Virus record (IMG/VR): IMGVR_UViG_3300036768_000279
Span: 32,001 to 96,000 of that record
Strand: one strand, 5' to 3'
DNA: 64,000 bases
Source: a virus
Shown here: piece after piece, positions 47,919 to 58,070 of the stretch
How the letters are laid out: the number at the start of each line of letters is the position of its first letter
Numbering within the stretch: the stretch's first letter is position 1
Made by a program: the position numbers and the translations under genes
Notes under the pieces: generated by a model
The model's database searches: none
Seen by the model: only the letters and a program-made list of their open reading frames with translations
What the model was told of the DNA's origin: nothing

Positions 47919-48101
47919 GTGATGAAATACGTAGCAGATAAAGACTGGTCTGACGACTATGAAGAGCGAGAGGCTAGAGATAACGCCCGTATTCGTCGTC
48001 AGCAGAAGATCGACGCGAAGAAAATAATTCGTGACAAGAAGCGTTCTGGCACCTACTACGAACTACCTCAGTGGCAAAGAGAGAAGCTAGAAGATGACTA
48101 A
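47919..48101 (+). CDS. Small charged hypothetical protein
   Basis: 60 aa, overlaps the next start. Confidence 0.45.
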   Translation: MMKYVADKDWSDDYEEREARDNARIRRQQKIDAKKIIRDKKRSGTYYELPQWQREKLEDD

Positions 48102-48933
48102 ATTGTCATATCTTGTATCGACGTATGACTCTGGTCATTATCTTGATCGGCACATTGCTGATTTGATCGATAGACAGACGGATCCCGATTTCGAGATTGT
48201 CATCATGAATCCAGACTCGCCTGGAACAGATGGCATCATTGCCCAAAAGTGGGTAGGAATTGATTCTCGTGTCAAGTATTTGTATTGGCCAAAACGAGAA
48301 TGGTATGGCACTTCATGGCTTCGTGCTTGGCAGTGTGCGACCGGCGATTTCGTTGTCAATAGCAATACAGATGACTACCATCATCCAGAGTTCACTGCTC
48401 AGTTTCACAAGTACATGAGCTTTGCGACCAGCGGTATGCACGCTGGCCGCAAGATTGGATTCGGTTATGCTGGCATCAGCGTGATTGATGACAATGGCAA
48501 GCCGCTTGGCGGTGGCATTAAGCCGCCATTCGACTTTGAACTAATGAGCCGCGAATGCTGGGCTGGTCCTCAGGTTTGTTGGAGAAACGACGAAAGCTTC
48601 AAGAAGTCTCTAGACTGGGATTTGATGTTCCAGCGTTCCAAGGAATACAGATCGGCGTTTGATTACTGGCTATGGCTATACTTTATGTCCTTGGGGTACC
48701 ATGGTTATGTGATACCACAGGTACTAACGGTTTATACTCAAAGACCTGGATCGATCGAGAACAGCAACAAGTTCGCCAACAATTACGAAACTTACTCTGC
48801 CATTTCCGAGTTCTTCGGTCATCATTTCAGGGGACAGTTGAAGCATGCTATCGAGTTTGAAGACTTCAAGAACCGTCCTCCGCGTGAGGCGTGGATTGCG
48901 ACTATGCAGGCAGGTAAGAAATGGCGAGCATGA
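48094..48933 (+). CDS. GT2 glycosyltransferase
   Basis: SYLVSTYDS..YL, FEIVI..PDSPGTD, ATGDFVVNSNTDD, AFDYWLWL. Confidence 0.85.
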   Translation: MTKLSYLVSTYDSGHYLDRHIADLIDRQTDPDFEIVIMNPDSPGTDGIIAQKWVGIDSRVKYLYWPKREWYGTSWLRAWQCATGDFVVNSNTDDYHHPEFTAQFHKYMSFATSGMHAGRKIGFGYAGISVIDDNGKPLGGGIKPPFDFELMSRECWAGPQVCWRNDESFKKSLDWDLMFQRSKEYRSAFDYWLWLYFMSLGYHGYVIPQVLTVYTQRPGSIENSNKFANNYETYSAISEFFGHHFRGQLKHAIEFEDFKNRPPREAWIATMQAGKKWRA

Positions 48934-49214
48934 GTAAAAATCTGTGGTATCGTATTGTCGCTGGCAGTCTACTGAAAAAGCTTCAGGATGCGGATATTCG
49001 CATTCACACTTTACTGAACACTGTTCATGTTCACAAGGTTCGCATTACCGAACTTGAAGAAGCTGCCAAGAAGTCAAAGTCTGATGCTGATATTGCTGTT
49101 CGCGTCATTCGTGACTTAGAAGCTGAGGTTGCACGACTACGTGCCGACAAAGCTGCATTGTATCCAGAGCTTGATAGATTGCGTGCAAAGTTAGCTAAGT
49201 TCAACCAAAGATGA
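48930..49214 (+). CDS. Coiled-coil hypothetical protein
   Basis: Heptad pattern; ATGA overlaps. Confidence 0.55.
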   Translation: MSKNLWYRIVAGSLLKKLQDADIRIHTLLNTVHVHKVRITELEEAAKKSKSDADIAVRVIRDLEAEVARLRADKAALYPELDRLRAKLAKFNQR

Positions 49215-50296
49215 TCAAGGTATTGCACTATCTCCGCCATCTTGGTTTAGGCGGTACCGAGAAGACGTGTCAATTGTTTTTTGAGCACGCCGACACTAGT
49301 CATTTTGATGTCGCTGTAGCATACGATGTAAACGGCTCTCATCCACGAAAAGAAGAATTTCAGAAAGCCGCTTTAGTTTGTGGTGGCAAATTGTTGGGAG
49401 TGGATACCAAAAACCACACCGATGGTCGCGACCTGCAAAGGGTGATCGATACGTTTAAGCCAGACATCTTACACGTATATCGCAGCGGCTATCACGAATT
49501 CCCTAGTCCTGGTCATGACATTAGTGTGCCGCATTTCATTGAGACCAATGTGTTTGGTTTCTATGATGGCAATAGACATATCGACAGGTCGCTTTTCATG
49601 AGCAAATGGCTTATGCACAATACGGTGCGTCAGCTAGGCGTCAAGCCTGATCGATTTGACTTCGTGAATAATCCTGTAGAGCGTCCATGTACTGGCGATC
49701 AGTTTGAAATTGCTGCACGCTGGAAATCGGAAGGAGCTATTGTTGTTGGACGTTGTGGGCGTCCCGACAATGGCATTTACAACGCCGTCAATGTAGATGC
49801 CGTGCGATTGCTGCGAATGCAAGGATATGATATTCGCTTCTTAGTTGTAGCCCCACCGTCCAATATGCTACACGATTTGTCACGTTACGACATTCCGTTC
49901 TACATGATAGAGCCGACAGTCAATCCGCTCGTTCTAAGCATGTTCTACAATAGCGTAGACATCTATACCCATGCCCGTGCAGACGGCGAAACGTTTGGCG
50001 TGAACATTGCAGAGGCTATGATTCACGGCAATCCTGTTATTACACATATTGCTACACCAAGCGTTCCGGGCATGGGAGTGTTCCAGTCACAAACAGAGCT
50101 AGTAGACAACAACGTTACGGGCTTGGTAGTCAACAATACACCTGGAGAATATGCAGAAGCATTGAAGACCTTGATTGACGATCAGAAGTTGCGTCAGTCT
50201 ATGGGCGAATTCGGCAGACGTAAGGCCGAAGCCGAATATGAGGTTAGTGTGTGTATGCATAAGCTCGAAAGTATCTATAGAGAGATTGCACAATGA
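49211..50296 (+). CDS. GT4 glycosyltransferase
   Basis: LGLGGTEK, DIYTH...GETFGVNIAEAMIHG.PVI, ELVDNNVTGLVV. Confidence 0.9.
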   Translation: MIKVLHYLRHLGLGGTEKTCQLFFEHADTSHFDVAVAYDVNGSHPRKEEFQKAALVCGGKLLGVDTKNHTDGRDLQRVIDTFKPDILHVYRSGYHEFPSPGHDISVPHFIETNVFGFYDGNRHIDRSLFMSKWLMHNTVRQLGVKPDRFDFVNNPVERPCTGDQFEIAARWKSEGAIVVGRCGRPDNGIYNAVNVDAVRLLRMQGYDIRFLVVAPPSNMLHDLSRYDIPFYMIEPTVNPLVLSMFYNSVDIYTHARADGETFGVNIAEAMIHGNPVITHIATPSVPGMGVFQSQTELVDNNVTGLVVNNTPGEYAEALKTLIDDQKLRQSMGEFGRRKAEAEYEVSVCMHKLESIYREIAQ

Positions 50297-51447
50297 ACAA
50301 GATTCGCGTCGTTCACCATTCGAAGACAGTAGGCTTTAGCGGCACAGACCGCACGTCCCAGTTGTTTTGCAAGTACCTAGCTCAGAGCGATAAGTACGAG
50401 CCGTTTATTGTCTATCGCGAAGGCGATCCGGCAAACAACCGCTTGGACATTGTGCGATCGTGGATCGGCGACGATCACGTAATTCCCTATCAATGGACAC
50501 CAGGAAAGAAGGGACAGCAGCCGCCCTATCTGCCGGAGTCTGACAATCTCTACGACGTTTTGAAGGCGATCGATCCACAAATTGTTCACGTCCACAGAAG
50601 TGGCTATACAGAGTGGCCGTGCTTCCGCTACATGGCACCCAAGGCCAAGTGGATTGAGACTAACATCTTCGGCTACAAGGACAATTCTCCAGAGCCGCAG
50701 ATTGATGTTAACATCTATATTTCGCAGTACATCCTAAACACAGCCCTTCGTGCTGGCGGGCCGAACGGCCCCGTGCTATACAACCCGATCGAAATGCCGG
50801 TTCTCGGGCTCTCGCCGGAGAGCAAGGAAGCTGCCCGCGAACACCTTCTTTCAACTTTCAAGCTACCTCACAACGCTGTATTGCTTGGACGTGTAGGTAG
50901 AGCAGACAACTTTGATCCAATCTCATTGAGAGCGTTCAAGGCAGTTGAGGAGTCGTATCCTAACGCCTACTACATTGTTGTTAATCCATGTCAAGGATGG
51001 CATGACACGGTACGACAATTGGGAATCAAGAATGTTCGTTTTTCAGGGCCGATCGTTGATGATGCCGACCTATCAAGATTCTACACAGGACTTGACATCT
51101 ACGCTCATGCTCGTCATGATGGAGAGTGTTGTCCGTGTAACATTCAGGAAGCCATGATGCACGGGCTACCTGTGGTATCACACGAAAGTATGATCTTCAA
51201 CGGTCAATCTGAAATCCTTGCTGAGAGTGGATTTGTTGTTCCTGTTGGTCACCACGAGGCATATCGCGACGTGCTTATGCAACTGGTAGAGAATCCAGAA
51301 ATGGCGAGCGAGGACGAAAAGTCTCGTGTACGTCTGCGTTCTCACTTCGGACGCGAAGGCCGTCGTCGTGCTATGCGTCACTTTGAAGCGAGCATCGTTA
51401 CGGGACAACTTGCCAAGATCTATGACTGGGTATTGAAGAACAAATGA
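50293..51447 (+). CDS. GT4 glycosyltransferase (tandem paralog of 49211-50296)
   Basis: Shared HVxRSGYxE, IETNxFG, GRxGRxDN, DIYxHARxDGE, EAMxHG.PV. Confidence 0.88.
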   Translation: MNKIRVVHHSKTVGFSGTDRTSQLFCKYLAQSDKYEPFIVYREGDPANNRLDIVRSWIGDDHVIPYQWTPGKKGQQPPYLPESDNLYDVLKAIDPQIVHVHRSGYTEWPCFRYMAPKAKWIETNIFGYKDNSPEPQIDVNIYISQYILNTALRAGGPNGPVLYNPIEMPVLGLSPESKEAAREHLLSTFKLPHNAVLLGRVGRADNFDPISLRAFKAVEESYPNAYYIVVNPCQGWHDTVRQLGIKNVRFSGPIVDDADLSRFYTGLDIYAHARHDGECCPCNIQEAMMHGLPVVSHESMIFNGQSEILAESGFVVPVGHHEAYRDVLMQLVENPEMASEDEKSRVRLRSHFGREGRRRAMRHFEASIVTGQLAKIYDWVLKNK

Positions 51448-52106
51448 AGCTGATCACATTCTCTCTTTGGGGCGATAGCCCCAAATATTGCATCGGTGCT
51501 CTCAAGAATGCCGAGCTTGCTAAGACCATCTATCCAGGCTGGACATGTCGCTTCTATCTGGGGACATCTGTCCCCAGAGAGATCGTTCATAAGCTGGCCG
51601 CTATGGACAACACGCATATTGTGTGTATGAATGTAGCCGGGGATTGGCGTGGCATGTTCTGGCGTTTTGAAGCCGCTAGTGATCCCGACTGCGAAGTCAT
51701 GATTAGCCGCGATTGCGACTCGCGGCTAGGGCTACGCGAAAAGGCTGCTGTCGATGAATGGATGGTTAGTGACAAAGGCTTCCATACCATCCATGATCAC
51801 TTCCATCATAACGTACCGATACTAGGAGGATTATGGGGCAAGAAGCGTGACTGCTTTCCAGAATTTAGCATATTTCTTGATGCGTGGCACCAGGAAGATA
51901 GATGGCAAACCGACCAAGACTTCCTTACCCAGGTTGTTTGGCCGCGAGTAGCCAATCAAACTATGAATCATTCTGAATTCCACACGCACATATGGCCCGC
52001 CAGACCAATTCCATTGCCACGTAGTGGTCGTGAGTTTATTGGTGCTACATATAATGAACATGATATCATTGATGTAGAGCAGCAGAGATTATTGTATGGT
52101 AGGTAA
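51444..52106 (+). CDS. Putative GT-A-fold glycosyltransferase-like protein
   Basis: FSLWG..PKYCIGA...IYPGW, MFWRF, ISRDCDSR (DxD), ILGGLWG, DQDFL...VWP. Confidence 0.6.
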   Translation: MKLITFSLWGDSPKYCIGALKNAELAKTIYPGWTCRFYLGTSVPREIVHKLAAMDNTHIVCMNVAGDWRGMFWRFEAASDPDCEVMISRDCDSRLGLREKAAVDEWMVSDKGFHTIHDHFHHNVPILGGLWGKKRDCFPEFSIFLDAWHQEDRWQTDQDFLTQVVWPRVANQTMNHSEFHTHIWPARPIPLPRSGREFIGATYNEHDIIDVEQQRLLYGR

Positions 52107-52457
52107 GAGACGCTATGTTTGTGATGATCGTATGACGCTGGAGTCATGTTATTGGGCTGGCTTTATTGCATCGGATGGCCACATCAATCCTGTGCCTCAT
52201 GGACTTGATCTAATTCGCCAATTGAATGCCGCATTAGACTGAATGGCGTGCATAGTTGGCTTGAAGCACTTGAAAAGAGATTCAACATTACGACCGCCAA
52301 GACTAAAACGTTACAGCCCCCAGCACTAAGTGGCAATCGTTTATGGGCCTTTGTTATTGGCTTTTTGGATGGCGATGGCTAAAGGAACTCTTGGATCGTG
52401 AGTTTCCTCAACAAGATTGATGTTCCCAAGCTTCAACGAAAGTGGTGTAAGGTATGA
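52096..52457 (+). pseudogene. Decayed LAGLIDADG homing endonuclease
   Basis: Fragments CYWAGFIASDG / RFNITTAKTKTLQPP / FVIGFLDGDG* / DVPKLQRKW, with stops, a frameshift and deletions. Confidence 0.85.
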
Positions 52458-53521
52458 TTCGTAAGGGATATTCATTTGACGACGTGTTGTTGGTGCCTCG
52501 GTATAACGACATTCCTAGCCGAAAGGACGTAGACACGTCCATCAAGTTTGGTGAACTGCATCTTAGTATTCCAGTCCTTTCGGCGAATATGGATACCATT
52601 ACAGGATCCAACATGGCTCGCGAGATTGCCAATCTTGGTGGTCTTGGCGTTCTTCATAGATTCTGTTCGATTGAAGACAACATCAAGATGTATTGTGAGT
52701 CTATTGATAGACACTACACCGACCCAGTTGCACAATATGGCATTGTGCCCCAATCGTATGAACGTCATACCGTCGTATCGCTTGGAGTGAATGAAGGTCT
52801 TGAACGTTGCGAAGCACTGTATCAAGTTGGTGCTCGCTACTTCTGTGTAGATGTGGCACACGGTCACACAAAAGCTATTGGCAAGTTTGTTAAGCTACTC
52901 AAGAAGCAATACAGCGACATCTTTGTTATCGGCGGCAACGTTGCGACGCATGCCGCCGCTGATTATCTGGCGTCGTGTGGTGCTGATGCAATCAAAGTAG
53001 GTATCGGTCCTGGTAGCGTGTGTACCACACGCATTAAAACTGGTTGCGGCGTGCCGCAACTCACAGCTATCATGGATTGTGCTAAAGTTGACCGCATCAT
53101 CATTGCTGATGGCGGCATCAAGACGCCGGGTGATGCCGTCAAGGCGTTGGCTGCTGGTGCTCACGTTATTATGCTTGGTGGTATGTTAGCTGGATGTGAC
53201 GAAACCCCCGGTGAAGTACAAGATGACCACTATCCCTTTGCGGGCAAGCACAAGCTATTTCGAGGAATGGCCTCGAAAGAGGCTCAAGAAGACTTCATGG
53301 GTTCTATGGCAGGCTGGAAAGCCGCCGAAGGTGTACAGATCAAAGTACGAGCCAAGGGGCCAGTAAAGAACGTGATTGCGGATTTGATGGGCGGCATTCG
53401 ATCAGGCATGACGTATTGTGGTTCACGCAACATTGAAGCCTTGCATCGCAATGCCGAATTCATTGAAGTCACGTCAAATTGTGTGAAGGAAAATACGCCG
53501 CACGGCGAAGGAAGACTATGA
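52454..53521 (+). CDS. IMP dehydrogenase/GMP reductase family protein (no CBS domains)
   Basis: [64 protein letters not shown]. Confidence 0.9.
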   Translation: MIRKGYSFDDVLLVPRYNDIPSRKDVDTSIKFGELHLSIPVLSANMDTITGSNMAREIANLGGLGVLHRFCSIEDNIKMYCESIDRHYTDPVAQYGIVPQSYERHTVVSLGVNEGLERCEALYQVGARYFCVDVAHGHTKAIGKFVKLLKKQYSDIFVIGGNVATHAAADYLASCGADAIKVGIGPGSVCTTRIKTGCGVPQLTAIMDCAKVDRIIIADGGIKTPGDAVKALAAGAHVIMLGGMLAGCDETPGEVQDDHYPFAGKHKLFRGMASKEAQEDFMGSMAGWKAAEGVQIKVRAKGPVKNVIADLMGGIRSGMTYCGSRNIEALHRNAEFIEVTSNCVKENTPHGEGRL

Positions 53522-53658
53522 ACAACATTGTTGATAAATCGGCTCTAGATTTCTATAAAGACAAAAGTCGTCCTGATGGCATTTCGTCTCGTTGCAAAAT
53601 TTGTGACAAACAAAAGCAGGAACAATTACAGAGACTAGGCAGATTGTTACAGCCATGA
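53518..53658 (+). pseudogene. Remnant of endonuclease VII/HNH-type HE (N-terminal zinc finger only)
   Basis: [34 protein letters not shown]..., homologous to FPQSKNAKDGLYSWCKVC of 3781-4290. Confidence 0.65.
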
Positions 53659-54557
53659 AAATTCTTGTTTCGTACCGAGCGATTCCTCAGTCGCCCGGTT
53701 GGGCGACGGGTGATTGTGTAGTGCGTGCCTTTCAGGCATTGGGGCACGATGTCACTCCGTACGGTAATTACTATCAGACGCAGAAACGTCTGGAGGATTG
53801 TAACGTACTCGCAGATGACTGGGATCTATTCTTATTTCTTGAATGTGGCGACGGCGATCCAGTCTACACAGAGCTAGCCAACATACGAGCACGTAAACGT
53901 GCGAGTTGGTTCTTTGACGCAGCCCTGTATCCTCAGCACTGGCTAGCCATCCTTCGCCTATTTGAGTTTGATGTCAACTTCATTGCCAATAGCACAATGC
54001 TATATGACAATCTCAATACAGAGTACCTGCCATATGCAGCAGATCCAGCACTACACTATAGATCCTATAAAGAAAAAACACGCGATTTTCTACTCATCGG
54101 ATCTGATAGGCCAGAAAGACGCAGACTTTACGATCTCATGAAAAGAGCTTGTCCAGATGCTAGAATAGATTTTATTCATGGTGTCTTTCGTGAAGCATAC
54201 ATTGATGCGTTAGCCTCTAGTCATTATGTGATAAATGATGTTGCTGGCGGTGGGGCGGGTCTTTTACCAATGAGATGTACGGAAACCATGGCGGCAGGTA
54301 GTGTATTACTGAGTGTGCAAGACCCGGCACTGCCGACCATTGGTACTAACTTAGAGCACTATATTAATTTTCGAGACGAGAATCATCTTTTTGGCACAGA
54401 GGTTAATGGCACTAATCACTTTCATCATATGTTTGCTTGTGGAGAAAGCTTCTCTAAGCGAATTGCATTGACTGGACAACAACATTGTCTAGAACATCAT
54501 ACATATCGTAATAGATGTCAAGCCATTCTTCAAAGACTTTTTCCATATGAGACGTAG
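53655..54557 (+). CDS. CgeB-like GT-B glycosyltransferase
   Basis: YLPYAADP, IGSD...RR, YIDALASS..VIN, MRCTETMAAGSVLL, HHTYRNRC. Confidence 0.8.
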   Translation: MKILVSYRAIPQSPGWATGDCVVRAFQALGHDVTPYGNYYQTQKRLEDCNVLADDWDLFLFLECGDGDPVYTELANIRARKRASWFFDAALYPQHWLAILRLFEFDVNFIANSTMLYDNLNTEYLPYAADPALHYRSYKEKTRDFLLIGSDRPERRRLYDLMKRACPDARIDFIHGVFREAYIDALASSHYVINDVAGGGAGLLPMRCTETMAAGSVLLSVQDPALPTIGTNLEHYINFRDENHLFGTEVNGTNHFHHMFACGESFSKRIALTGQQHCLEHHTYRNRCQAILQRLFPYET

Positions 54558-55185
54558 GCAATACTCAGTCAATGACGATTTCTTTTCTAGTCCAACCCCA
54601 TTGAACTCTTATTGGGCTGGCTTTATTGCGGCGGACGGTTGCGTGCATGAAGACAAGTATTCCAAGTGGCTTGAAATTAGTATTGATTATAAGGACATAG
54701 ATCATGTCGCTCGGTTTTGTGAGGATGTTGAGTACAATGGACCTATTGCTAGATACGATCATATAGTGCGTGTTGTTATTTATAGTAAACAAATAGTTAA
54801 TGATCTTGAACGACACTTCAATATCACTCAACGCAAATCTTTGACATTACGGCGTCCTCATTTGTCAGATATCAATTCTCTTGCGTATATCATAGGATAT
54901 ATTGATGGCGATGGTTGTATTTACATTAAAGACAATAAATATTTAGGTTTGAATGTTGTTGGTACAACAGATGTGCTTGAGTTTATGATTGAGAGATTTA
55001 AGACAATGACAACGTGGCCCACGCATTGTAGACAGTCGTCTATCCGGCCAGCTACTAATTGTAAAACTAACATCACTAAGCAATATGCTATAGTCGGTGA
55101 TCATTGCAAGACAATACTGTCTAAACTCAATGCTATGGACGTACCAAAAATGAGTCGTAAGTGGCGTCATGTTTCTTCCAAATAG
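54547..55185 (+). CDS. Free-standing LAGLIDADG homing endonuclease
   Basis: YWAGFIAADGC and YIIGYIDGDGC; AT-rich. Confidence 0.88.
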   Translation: MRRRQYSVNDDFFSSPTPLNSYWAGFIAADGCVHEDKYSKWLEISIDYKDIDHVARFCEDVEYNGPIARYDHIVRVVIYSKQIVNDLERHFNITQRKSLTLRRPHLSDINSLAYIIGYIDGDGCIYIKDNKYLGLNVVGTTDVLEFMIERFKTMTTWPTHCRQSSIRPATNCKTNITKQYAIVGDHCKTILSKLNAMDVPKMSRKWRHVSSK

Positions 55186-55186
55186 C

Positions 55187-55276
55187 GATGGACAAAACGT
55201 GGTTTTGCGTGATCATACTTATGGCCGTCGTTGTGCTACCATTCTAGAAAAGCTGTTTCCACATGAAAGAGTCTGA
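55187..55276 (+). pseudogene. Displaced duplicate 3' end of the 53655-54557 glycosyltransferase
   Basis: DGQNVVLRDHTYGRRCATILEKLFPHERV* versus TGQQHCLEHHTYRNRCQAILQRLFPYET*. Confidence 0.8.
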
Positions 55277-55937
55277 TACAATCAGTGTTTTGATCTGCTG
55301 TCACAGCGTCGATCATGAGCATGATGTGCTTCTGCAAGAAGCTCTTGAGTCTTTGACTCGACAGACATATCCGAATTTTGAGACCATTCTAGTCCTTGAT
55401 CAATGCCACGAAGACACGAAATGGACCGCTGAGCCATACAAAGACATTCTGAATCTCAAGATTCACGAACGTCCTCACAAGCAAGGATTGGCAATTGCCA
55501 AGAACTTTGGACTAGCCCATTGCACTGGGCAATGGGTTGCTTATCTAGACGCTGACGATCAGTGGATGGATTGCAAGCTTGAATGGCAACGCAACTTCTT
55601 GCTAGAAAATCCAGGCGTTGATTTCTGTTTCACAGAAGTATGGGATAGTACCGGTGGCGTACTCACCCCCAACTGCTTCAAGGTGGGACAATACGAAACC
55701 CATTCGGCAATTGCTGCTGCTATGCCGCGTGAAAATGTAGTATGCCATGGATCAGCATTGATTCGCAAGCTGGCCATCGATTCACTTGGTGGATATCGAA
55801 CAGACCGTTCTCTTCTGGGACGTGAAGACTGGGATTTGTGGAAGCGTGCTATTACTAGTGGATTCACGTTTTACAAGATTCCAGAACGTCTATACATCTA
55901 TTCGATGGGGACAAGCGTAACACGCGGCGAAGTATGA
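55263..55937 (+). CDS. GT2 glycosyltransferase
   Basis: ISVLI, ALESLTRQTYPNFE, GLAIAKNFGL...GQWVAYLDADD, EDWDLW. Confidence 0.92.
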   Translation: MKESDTISVLICCHSVDHEHDVLLQEALESLTRQTYPNFETILVLDQCHEDTKWTAEPYKDILNLKIHERPHKQGLAIAKNFGLAHCTGQWVAYLDADDQWMDCKLEWQRNFLLENPGVDFCFTEVWDSTGGVLTPNCFKVGQYETHSAIAAAMPRENVVCHGSALIRKLAIDSLGGYRTDRSLLGREDWDLWKRAITSGFTFYKIPERLYIYSMGTSVTRGEV

Positions 55938-56905
55938 AAGTTCTGTATGTTGGTTTGAAATACAATTACGGGAAGCATAACGAGGGCTTCTCGTATGAAC
56001 ACATGAATATCGAGTCCGGTATTCGTAACTGCGTTGCCCGTGACATGTTTGATGCTGAATACTGGTATCCAGATTCGTATGAATATCAGCCTTCCGCAGA
56101 AGAAGTGTTCACTGAAAACAAGTTCGACGCCATCTTCCACGTTGCTTTTAATGAATCTCTAGATCTTCCTGAGGGTGTAGCAAAGCTAGCACTCAAGCAG
56201 GATATTCCAGTTATTCAATGGGACTGTGACGCAAGTTGGCGATTCAGTAACTGGATCTTGCCACGCAAGAATCGTGTCAGTCATTTCGTGACCACTCACT
56301 CAGCGACGTTGCCGTTATATGAGCGACACGGCATGAAAGTGATTAAATCACAATGGGCTGGCTCTCCCAAGTATCAGCCCAATCGCAAGCTATACAAGTA
56401 TGATGCGACATTCGTTGGCCAGAAGCATGGACAGATGCCGAATGGCAAATTCTGGCGTAGCGAAATTATCGATCAGATGATGGCCGCAGGTATCAAGATT
56501 GACCTATTCGGCAATTACTGGGATGGCTATACAAACTGGCATGGTTATCTAACCGACTTCAATGAAGTGATCGACGTGTTCAATGCGTCTCGTGTCAATT
56601 TGAATCTATCTAATCCATGGCATCATGGCACTATGCCACAAATCAAGGGAAGACATTTCGAGATTCCGCAGTGTCAGGGCTTTCAAATCAGTACACCAGC
56701 AGATGATCTAGAGTCGTATTTTGTTCCAGGCAAAGAAATCATCATTGTCAATACCGTGACAGAGTTGATTGAAAAGACGCGGTACTATCTCAATAATTCT
56801 ACTGAACGCGAAACGATTGCGTTCGCTGCTCGTGAACGTATGTTGAACGAGCATCAGTGGCATCATCGCTTCCAGAAGATATTCAAGGAAGTTGGTGTGC
56901 TATGA
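55934..56905 (+). CDS. CgeB-like GT-B glycosyltransferase
   Basis: YDATFVGQKH..R, SRVNLNLS, IKGRHFEIP.C.GFQI, YF..GKEII, EHQWHHRF. Confidence 0.85.
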   Translation: MKVLYVGLKYNYGKHNEGFSYEHMNIESGIRNCVARDMFDAEYWYPDSYEYQPSAEEVFTENKFDAIFHVAFNESLDLPEGVAKLALKQDIPVIQWDCDASWRFSNWILPRKNRVSHFVTTHSATLPLYERHGMKVIKSQWAGSPKYQPNRKLYKYDATFVGQKHGQMPNGKFWRSEIIDQMMAAGIKIDLFGNYWDGYTNWHGYLTDFNEVIDVFNASRVNLNLSNPWHHGTMPQIKGRHFEIPQCQGFQISTPADDLESYFVPGKEIIIVNTVTELIEKTRYYLNNSTERETIAFAARERMLNEHQWHHRFQKIFKEVGVL

Positions 56906-57438
56906 TCAAGCTCAATCTAGCGTCTCACGGCGATAACCGCGAAGGGTTTATTAATATTGATTTCGATCATCCTACAGCAGATCTCAAGGCGGACGTAACC
57001 GACCTTCCGTTTCAAGACGACTCTGTTGATGTGATTCTTGCATATCATATTTTGGAACACTTTCGTGCTGGTGAATACGAGCCACATCTTGCAAATCCAT
57101 TAAATCCAAAAACAGCAATGGCGGCTCTTGGAGAGTGGCGTCGCGTTTTGAAGCCGGGCGGCAAGCTAGAAATCAAGGTGCCTGATTTTGAAAAGATTGT
57201 TTGGCTATACTATAACTATCCGCAATGGGCCAGATCAGAGTCGAGCGTTAATGCACCGTTTGCAAGCTATAGTGACTGGATTATTTCGAATGGACAGCAT
57301 CAATGTCTGTTTGACAAACGGACAATGACAAAGCTACTGACGGTCTGCGGTTTTACGAACATCACGTTCCTAGACGGGCAGCCAGTCGCGTCGATCAATC
57401 GAGCCAATCTTGAAATGTACGTGGTGTGCAGCAAATGA
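56902..57438 (+). CDS. SAM-dependent methyltransferase
   Basis: KLNLAS...GFINID, LPFQDDSVD.I.A.HILEH, EWRRVLKPGG.LEI.VPD. Confidence 0.85.
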   Translation: MIKLNLASHGDNREGFINIDFDHPTADLKADVTDLPFQDDSVDVILAYHILEHFRAGEYEPHLANPLNPKTAMAALGEWRRVLKPGGKLEIKVPDFEKIVWLYYNYPQWARSESSVNAPFASYSDWIISNGQHQCLFDKRTMTKLLTVCGFTNITFLDGQPVASINRANLEMYVVCSK

Positions 57439-58070
57439 ATTACATGACACGTAAAGACAATCACGACTTCATGGACCCCGAGCATATCGCGAGGTTCCTG
57501 CGTAACCATCGTACCGGCACAGATAATCTTGGTCGGCATCGTCTCGCCGAAATGATTCGCGAACACGACAATCCCACCGTACTTGATGTTGCGTGTGGTA
57601 CATGCGTCAACTGGGAAGTATTGAAGGGGTTGCACGTTCAATGTCGCTATTTTGGGCTAGATCGCACACAGAAAATGCTAGATCACGCCAGAAAACTGTA
57701 CCCTGGCGAAATTGAATTAAAACAGGGCTATATCCAAAGTATTCCATTTCAAGATAATTCTTTTGATGTTGTCGTTGCTCGTCACATCCTTGAGCATTTA
57801 GGCGAGGGGTATGAAGCGGCGATCAAAGAAGTCTATCGAGTTGCCTCCAAGGAAGCGATCATTGTTCTATTTGTTGATCTGGCTGACATGCCTGCGGACG
57901 TAATCAAGGAGTCTGAGCCAGATGAGAATGGATGTACGTATTTCTGGAATACCTACGCTCACGACAAATTCATGGCATTCCTTGGAACATTGGGGTGTCG
58001 CGTAAGCGTTGAGTACGTGCCCACGCCCGGTGCCGCTGCAAATGACACAATTATTCGATTGATCAAATAA
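57435..58070 (+). CDS. SAM-dependent methyltransferase
   Basis: VLDVACGT, GLD, IPFQDNSFDVV.ARHILEH. Confidence 0.88.
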   Translation: MNYMTRKDNHDFMDPEHIARFLRNHRTGTDNLGRHRLAEMIREHDNPTVLDVACGTCVNWEVLKGLHVQCRYFGLDRTQKMLDHARKLYPGEIELKQGYIQSIPFQDNSFDVVVARHILEHLGEGYEAAIKEVYRVASKEAIIVLFVDLADMPADVIKESEPDENGCTYFWNTYAHDKFMAFLGTLGCRVSVEYVPTPGAAANDTIIRLIK

